In this document: in pieces, positions 56,595 to 64,000 of the stretch | How the letters are laid out: every line of letters starts with the position of its first letter | How positions within the stretch are numbered: the first letter of the stretch is position 1 | Program-made: the position numbers and the translations under genes | Assembly (NCBI GenBank): GCA_046314355.1 | Contig: JBKBWQ010000001.1 | Span: forward strand, 736,001 to 800,000 | Length of the DNA: 64,000 bases | Direction of reading: 5' to 3' | Origin: Candidatus Altimarinota bacterium | GTDB taxonomy: Bacteria; Patescibacteriota; Gracilibacteria; 1-14-2-50-48-13 | The notes under the pieces: generated by a model | The model's input: the letters and a program-made list of their open reading frames with translations, nothing else | The model's database searches: none | Told to the model about the DNA's origin: nothing

Positions 56595-57992
56595 TTAATG
56601 TATTCTTCTATAACTGCTCTTTACCTGTTCTGTACGCTCTGATCCGTCCTTCATTTTAAAAAGTCTTTCCCGTATATAATATCCCCCTTCTCTTTTCAAG
56701 TCTGCAAAACTCAGTTCTTCAAACGGCTTTGTACCAAGCATAGTAATCTTTGCAGTGCCATACCCTGGCTCTTCTTTATAATCCACATACAGCATTACAG
56801 GAGCATCAGTATTATTTCTAAACTTCAGATTTGGACTTGTGAGAAAAATACTCGCATCAAGACCAATATCTTTCATGTCGTAAAATCCTGTTGTATATAC
56901 AGAATGAGGTCTTCGCTCAGTAATCTCAAGACCAGAGAACCAAGCTGATCGAAACAGAGCTGTAGCACTTCCACAGAGACCACCTCCCCATGCCCACACC
57001 TCACGACTTCCCTGAAGCGTCCATCCTCCACCTATACCATCCATTCCTTTCTCCTTTAGAATATCCCAGTAGTTAAATTCCTCTCCAGGCTGCAGGACAA
57101 GACCATTCATTTTGTTCAACGCTGCCATGATATTTTTCTTACGGTAAGCGGCATTTGTTTTAAATTTGTATTCACCAAAACCAAGGACTTCCTTTACATT
57201 TGCTTCGCGAAATTTAGTTTTCCATTCTGCAGAATATGCACTGTCAGCCTGAAGCGGACTTTCCTTCAGTTTTTTGAGCAAAGCGGTAAAAAGATCCTGA
57301 CGTTCGTTCAAAGCCGTCCTTACACTTGCAGAGAGCTTTTGATTGCCTAAAGCCATATAATAATTGGAAAGAATAGTATTCACTCTCTCCTCATTACTGT
57401 AGGTGTTCTCATGTATGCTACCTTTATCTATGACAAGTCCGTCAAAATAAGGAGTTTCCTTTTGGAAAAAGCTAAAGGTCTTCTCTCTCATCAAAAAGAT
57501 GTCCAGATCTCTCTCAGTCAGTACTCCAAGTGCAGTGTCCTTTGTATAAAAACCTTCTTGTATAGATTCGTACACATAAGGTGCATACCATACTACCGCA
57601 GGGGTATAATTATATTTCTTTGGTATAAACGCGCTTCCCTGATCTATATAACGCATCTCATAATACATCTTGAGCATGGCTTCCTTTGTGGCAAGCATAT
57701 CAGGCTGAAACTTCTTACCATCACAAGTGAACACATCTTTCTCGCAAAGAGTCGCTGTCACGTCATAAAGAGGAGAAGCCGGCCAAATATCTGGAAAATA
57801 GAGTTTATCCTGGCTTTTAGAAACCTGTATTTCTGGCGAGATCTGCAGTGAAAGTTGAGTATAGAGCTTTTCTACTAATGCTGACTTTGAGACAACATCC
57901 TCAGGAGCCGCATGAGCAGGTACTATGCATGCAATAGCAAGCACAGCAAACAGCAACTTCGGCACAATTTTTAGGGTGGAAGGAGAGAACAT
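56595..57992 (-). CDS. VanW-family secreted protein
   Basis: NGLVLQPGEEFN, GGGLCGSATALFR, ITERRPHS, GLDASI, LKFRNNT. Confidence 0.9.
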   Translation of the reverse strand: MFSPSTLKIVPKLLFAVLAIACIVPAHAAPEDVVSKSALVEKLYTQLSLQISPEIQVSKSQDKLYFPDIWPASPLYDVTATLCEKDVFTCDGKKFQPDMLATKEAMLKMYYEMRYIDQGSAFIPKKYNYTPAVVWYAPYVYESIQEGFYTKDTALGVLTERDLDIFLMREKTFSFFQKETPYFDGLVIDKGSIHENTYSNEERVNTILSNYYMALGNQKLSASVRTALNERQDLFTALLKKLKESPLQADSAYSAEWKTKFREANVKEVLGFGEYKFKTNAAYRKKNIMAALNKMNGLVLQPGEEFNYWDILKEKGMDGIGGGWTLQGSREVWAWGGGLCGSATALFRSAWFSGLEITERRPHSVYTTGFYDMKDIGLDASIFLTSPNLKFRNNTDAPVMLYVDYKEEPGYGTAKITMLGTKPFEELSFADLKREGGYYIRERLFKMKDGSERTEQVKSSYRRIH

Positions 57993-58094
57993 AGAGGAGG
58001 AGTAATATGTTATTTGTATTATTATACCACAATTTTGCATTTTAAGTAATTCAGATGACATTCATGGAATAGTTGATCATCGGGCAATGAGAGC

Positions 58095-58295
58095 CGTCAT
58101 CCTGCAGAGAGTTATTGGAATAGTCGTTGTGTGTAGAACTGCAGGATCCAAACACGTAAAAGTGTTGTCTTCATAATAAAAAGAACTATCTAGATTTAAG
58201 TAGATAGCTCTTTTTTAGGCTTTAAATGTTCAGGTTTAATGGTTTCTGCAGTTCAATTTATTTAGAGCATTTTTTTAATACGCTGCAGAATGACG
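58095..58295. repeat. Nested inverted-repeat element around a terminator
   Basis: CGTCATCCTGCAG/CTGCAGAATGACG, GAACTGCAGGA/TTCTGCAGTTC, central hairpin 58178-58215. Confidence 0.7.
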
Positions 58296-58298
58296 CGC

Positions 58299-59810
<1,512 letters not shown>

Positions 59811-59852
59811 TTTTTTATAGATGTTCTACTGGGATCATTATAAGTGAATACA

Positions 59853-59973
59853 GTAATTGAGTAAATAAGTCATTACGTAATTGAAGAATAGGTCTTTTTT
59901 AAACACGTAAAATTTTAATTTTCATCATTTTACTTTATTACTCAATTACTCTCTTACTCAATTACTTGAGCTC
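59853..59973. repeat. Degenerate relative of the palindromic element (GTAATTGA / TCAATTAC units)
   Basis: GTAATTGA x2 on the left; TCAATTAC x2 and TTGAGCTC on the right. Confidence 0.5.
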
Positions 59974-60227
59974 CCATAGAACAAAAAAAATATTCATATT
60001 CTACACTATTTTCATACCACTAAGAACATATATAGTATTCTTCATATATAAATAATAATTGTTTTAAATACAAGATATAAATGAATACAATTTATATTCA
60101 TACAAAAACATCTTGAGATTCAAAAGATAAAAAGATTTGTCAAAGAAAGTGCACCGTTCTATACTAGATCCAACAATCCAAACAAAAACCAATAGTAACG
60201 TTCAACTACCTAATATTAAAGTACCCA

Positions 60228-61469
60228 ATGGCAAAAGAACGTATTATTGCTAGTCTGGACATTGGAAACTCCAAGGTAAGGACTGTCATCGGGATCGTAG
60301 AAGAGGGCAAAAAGGTTCCGAGTATTATCGGAATTGGAGTAGCACCTTCTCTAGGACTCAGAAAAGGACAGGTCATAGATGTGGAAGAGACTATCAATTC
60401 CATTTCCCTTTCTCTTGAAGAAGCCGAAAGAATGTCCGGAGAACCCATCCATCATGTATTTCTTGGAATTGGAGGTTCACATCTAGAAGCTACCGAAGCT
60501 AAGGGTGTAATCGCAACTCAAGGAGAAGAAATCATAGATACAGATGTAGAGCGCGTACTTGAGACTGCTCAGGCAATCTCAATACCTGCCAACAAACAGG
60601 TTCTCAAAATTATCCCAAAACATTTCACTATTGATGCTCAAAAAGGCATCCGCTATCCAGTAGGAATGGTTGGCAAAAAATTGGAAGTAGAAGCCCACAT
60701 TATCTCTGGTCTCCAGCCCGCTATCAAGAACCTTGAAAAATGTGTTCACGAAGCAGGAGTAGATATCAATGATCTTATCCCAAATTCTTTAGCAGCACCG
60801 GAAGCGGTACTTAGCAAAAGACAAAAGGAACTTGGAGTTGTAGTAATAGATATTGGTCATGGAGGAACCAGCATTTCAGTCTTCGAAGAAGGATCCATGC
60901 TCCATACTGCAGTACTCCCTCTCGGTGGCGAAAGTGTGACAAACGATATTGCAATAGGTATGAGAACAAGTCTCGATATTGCAGAGAAACTCAAAGTAGA
61001 ATATGGAACATGTAATGTAGATGAGGTACGACCTGAAGAGGAGATAGATCTAAGTGAACTCAACCCTATCGAACAGGAAAAGATATCCCGTCCTTATCTC
61101 GCAAAGATCATTGAAGCAAGATATTATGAAATGCTCATGATGGTACGCGACGAATTGAGAAAGATACGAAGAGACGGTATGCTTCCAGCTGGAGCAATCC
61201 TTACAGGTGGAGGAGCAAAGATCCCAGGTATCATTGAACTATCACGACAGGTACTAAGCCTGCCGGTCCAAGTAGGATTCCCTATGGAGACAGCAGGTAT
61301 CATAGAAAGAGCAGATGATCCTTCCTTTGCTACAGCGATAGGACTTCTGGTATGGGGAGCACGTATGGATACTCCAAACTATGGTTTTACCTTCAATATG
61401 AAAGGAATGACCGGCATTAAATCAGGATTAGGAAAAGCAAAGTCCTTCTTCCAGAAACTACTGCCTTAA
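60228..61469 (+). CDS. ftsA: Cell division protein FtsA
   Basis: [40 protein letters not shown]. Confidence 0.97.
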   Translation: MAKERIIASLDIGNSKVRTVIGIVEEGKKVPSIIGIGVAPSLGLRKGQVIDVEETINSISLSLEEAERMSGEPIHHVFLGIGGSHLEATEAKGVIATQGEEIIDTDVERVLETAQAISIPANKQVLKIIPKHFTIDAQKGIRYPVGMVGKKLEVEAHIISGLQPAIKNLEKCVHEAGVDINDLIPNSLAAPEAVLSKRQKELGVVVIDIGHGGTSISVFEEGSMLHTAVLPLGGESVTNDIAIGMRTSLDIAEKLKVEYGTCNVDEVRPEEEIDLSELNPIEQEKISRPYLAKIIEARYYEMLMMVRDELRKIRRDGMLPAGAILTGGGAKIPGIIELSRQVLSLPVQVGFPMETAGIIERADDPSFATAIGLLVWGARMDTPNYGFTFNMKGMTGIKSGLGKAKSFFQKLLP

Positions 61470-61504
61470 ACATTACTTTAACTACCACTTATTATCATAA
61501 ACTT

Positions 61505-62749
61505 ATGTCATCAACACTATTTAATAAAAAGGAGAAATCTAGCTCCAACGATGATACACTCAAAAACGTATTCATCTCATCAAACATTAAGAAGAAGTCT
61601 ATGGAGGTGACTCCAGATCTTCATCCTATCGCAAACATCAAGGTTGTAGGTGTAGGAGGAGGCGGATGTAATGCCATTAACCGAATGGTGGAAGCTGGAG
61701 TAGAAGGAGTAGAGTTTATCGCAGTCAATACTGATGCGCAGGTTCTCTTCAACTCTCAGGCTGACCTTAAGATCAATATCGGTAAGGCAACTACACGAGG
61801 ACTCGGAGCAGGAGCAAACCCTGAAGTTGGAGAAAAAGCAGCTCAGGAGAGTTCAGAGGAGATCAAGGCAGCTCTTGATGGAGCTGATATGGTCTTCATT
61901 ACTTGTGGACTTGGTGGTGGTACTGGTACAGGTGCCGCTCCAGTTATTGCTCAGATTGCAAAGGAGCTCGGAGCTCTTACTGTTGGTGTAGTTACTAAGC
62001 CTTTCGGATTTGAAGGAAAACTTCGAGGATCAAAAGCTTCCAATGGTTTTGATAGCCTCAAGAGTAAAGTAGATACACTTATCACGATCCCAAATGATAA
62101 GATCCTCTCTATCATCGATAAAAAGACTCCGCTTACTGATGCCTTCGCAGTAGTAGACGAAGTACTTAGACAGGGTGTCCAGGGTATCTCTGATCTCATC
62201 ACTATCAGTGGTCTCATAAATGTCGACTTCGCCGACGTGAAGTCAGTCATGAGTAATGCAGGATCTGCACTCATGGGTATCGGATACGGAACAGGAGAGA
62301 ATAGAGCACTCGAGGCAGCACGAAATGCCATCGATTCCCCGCTTCTTGAACTGTCTATCGGAGGTGCTAAGGGAGTACTCTTCAACATTACAGGCGGTAC
62401 TGACCTTTCAATGTTCGAGGTAGATGAAGCAGCAAAGATCATCACAGAGGCTGCTGATCCAGATGCAAATATTATCTTCGGAGCAGTGATCAATGAATCA
62501 TACACTGGAGAAATGAAAATAACAGTTATCGCTACAGGATTTGACGAGGAGTCCAATAAAGCTCACTCTCAGAGAAGTATTCCAAAAGTAGCTCCACGAG
62601 CTGGAACTAGCACACAGTCTGCTCCTCAGCAGAGCAACAATCCATTCTCTATCACTCCAAAAGCAGCACCGACGTCATCTCCACAGCAGAAATCAGGAGA
62701 AGATGATCTCGATGTACCAGCTTTCCTTAGAAATAAAATTAAGGAATAA
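61505..62749 (+). CDS. ftsZ: Cell division protein FtsZ
   Basis: [25 protein letters not shown]-terminal LDVPAFLR. Confidence 0.99.
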   Translation: MSSTLFNKKEKSSSNDDTLKNVFISSNIKKKSMEVTPDLHPIANIKVVGVGGGGCNAINRMVEAGVEGVEFIAVNTDAQVLFNSQADLKINIGKATTRGLGAGANPEVGEKAAQESSEEIKAALDGADMVFITCGLGGGTGTGAAPVIAQIAKELGALTVGVVTKPFGFEGKLRGSKASNGFDSLKSKVDTLITIPNDKILSIIDKKTPLTDAFAVVDEVLRQGVQGISDLITISGLINVDFADVKSVMSNAGSALMGIGYGTGENRALEAARNAIDSPLLELSIGGAKGVLFNITGGTDLSMFEVDEAAKIITEAADPDANIIFGAVINESYTGEMKITVIATGFDEESNKAHSQRSIPKVAPRAGTSTQSAPQQSNNPFSITPKAAPTSSPQQKSGEDDLDVPAFLRNKIKE

Positions 62750-62766
62750 ATCAGTAAATAAATTTA

Positions 62767-62799
62767 TAAAAGAGCTTTCTCGGTTGAGGAAGCTCTTTT
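62767..62799 (+). terminator. Intrinsic terminator after ftsZ
   Basis: AAAAGAGCTTTCTC...GAGGAAGCTCTTTT. Confidence 0.75.
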
Positions 62800-62882
62800 A
62801 TTTTATACCTTAGAAAATATTGACCATTAAGATATTTAATAGTATAACATGCCGGTAATCAAAATAAAAAAGGAGAATAAGA

Positions 62883-63410
62883 ATGAATGATGTCGTAAGT
62901 ATCTCTAATCTTACCCAGTCAATAAATTTTCAGGAGCTCACTGCCCAGGATGCAGAAGTACTAGTCTCTTTATATTCAAAAGATATTGTGCAGAACTTTG
63001 AATTTCTTCAAAAATGCCCTACTCTTGAGGAAGAAAGAATATACATTGAAAGAATGCGAAATAGTAGTACCGATGTACTGAGAGGAATATATTTTGAAGA
63101 AAAACTTATCGGCACTATTGGTCTTCATGAGATCAATGATGAAGATAAAAGTGCTAGACTAGGAGTCATCATTTGGGACAAAAACTTCCATAAAAAAGGA
63201 ATAGCCAGCTACTCCATAAAAAGTATAGCGGACTTTGCCTTTAGTGAAGCTAGCCTAGAAAAACTTTATGCAAATATACTCTTCAATAACACAAGAGCAG
63301 ATAAGTTTTATCGAAAACTCGGGTTTAGAGCAGAACACATCCTCGAAAGATATTACTCTTTGCGGGGCAAAGAAGAGGACATGATTCACATGGTCCTCAA
63401 AAGACATTAA
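62883..63410 (+). CDS. GNAT acetyltransferase, RimJ/RimL-like
   Basis: LIGTIGL, ARLGVIIWDKNFHKKGIA, NTRADKFYRKLGF. Confidence 0.88.
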   Translation: MNDVVSISNLTQSINFQELTAQDAEVLVSLYSKDIVQNFEFLQKCPTLEEERIYIERMRNSSTDVLRGIYFEEKLIGTIGLHEINDEDKSARLGVIIWDKNFHKKGIASYSIKSIADFAFSEASLEKLYANILFNNTRADKFYRKLGFRAEHILERYYSLRGKEEDMIHMVLKRH

Positions 63411-63445
63411 TCTACTAAAAGGGCTTTCACTTAAGAAAGCTCTTT

Positions 63446-64000
63446 TTACTCTATAAACTCTACTTCTTCATGAAGCTCTACTCCAAACTTTTCTTTCACT
63501 TTTCTCTTCATCTCTGAAGCCAGATTTTTTATATCATCTGAAGTAGCACCTCCCGCATTGATCATAAAATTAGCATGTTTTTCAGAGATCTGAGCTCCTC
63601 CAACTCTACTTCCCTTGCCTCCCACCTGATCTACCACAAACCCTGCAGAGTATTCCTTTGTGGGGTTTTTAAAATAAGATCCTCCTGAACTTCCCCATGG
63701 CTGCTTTGCCTTTCTGCTTTTGAGCATCTCCTGCATTTCTGCGAATATTTCCTGAGGATTACCTCCAGGTGTCAGCTCAATAGTTGCCTCAATAATAATT
63801 TCTCTATTCTCTTTTAGTCTGCTGTAGCGGTATGCATACTGAAAATACTCCTGATCAACTGTCTTAAATTCAAGGTTCTCATCCAGCAGTATCGCAGATA
63901 CTACGAAGCTCCCCATCTCGCAGTTTGGTACTCCGGCATTTCCCCGCACCGCTCCTCCAAAAGTACCTGGCACTCCATGAAGCGCTGCAATCCCAATAAG
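63446..64000 (-). CDS. murB: UDP-N-acetylenolpyruvoylglucosamine reductase (partial, runs off window end)
   Basis: PGTFGGAVRGNAG, YRYS, SGGSYFKNP, ISEKHANF, LHEEV. Confidence 0.93.
   Translation of the reverse strand, partial: LIGIAALHGVPGTFGGAVRGNAGVPNCEMGSFVVSAILLDENLEFKTVDQEYFQYAYRYSRLKENREIIIEATIELTPGGNPQEIFAEMQEMLKSRKAKQPWGSSGGSYFKNPTKEYSAGFVVDQVGGKGSRVGGAQISEKHANFMINAGGATSDDIKNLASEMKRKVKEKFGVELHEEVEFIE

Noticed and set aside
61951-62556. 201-aa ORF antisense to ftsZ, and similar short shadow ORFs throughout
   Set aside because: Explained by codon bias of the real gene on the opposite strand

Overview
Low-GC bacterial chromosome segment that looks like a CPR/Patescibacteria organism of the Gracilibacteria/Peregrinibacteria-like group (inferred from many SLH proteins, T4SS-type pilins, SD-less core genes and many orphan ORFs). 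It uses the standard code: ATGA stop/start overlaps show TGA is a stop. Housekeeping genes are dnaA, infC-rpmI-rplT, cysS, engB, ddl, ftsA-ftsZ, murB (partial), tRNA-Pro and tmRNA. Also present are DNA repair genes (class II photolyase, AlkD-like, umuDC, PIN-less PINA-type ATPase), six SLH surface proteins, an IS200-type tnpA element and an orphan-rich accessory block at 37-47.6 kb. Main unexplained signals: (1) a dispersed family of 6-7 modular palindromic intergenic elements centred on AATTGAGCTCAATT, mostly abutting promoters; (2) a ~312-nt promoter-driven, end-paired, multi-stem candidate ncRNA at 56229-56540; (3) a tightly coupled operon of five secreted helical/Cys proteins near two T4SS-like pilins; (4) a duplicated promoter-leader with a covarying hairpin; (5) several rearranged or degenerate enzymes (circularly permuted HAD, pseudokinase, SAS-like protein, UmuD with an Ala-Ser cleavage site). 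All calls are by eye; no database searches were run.
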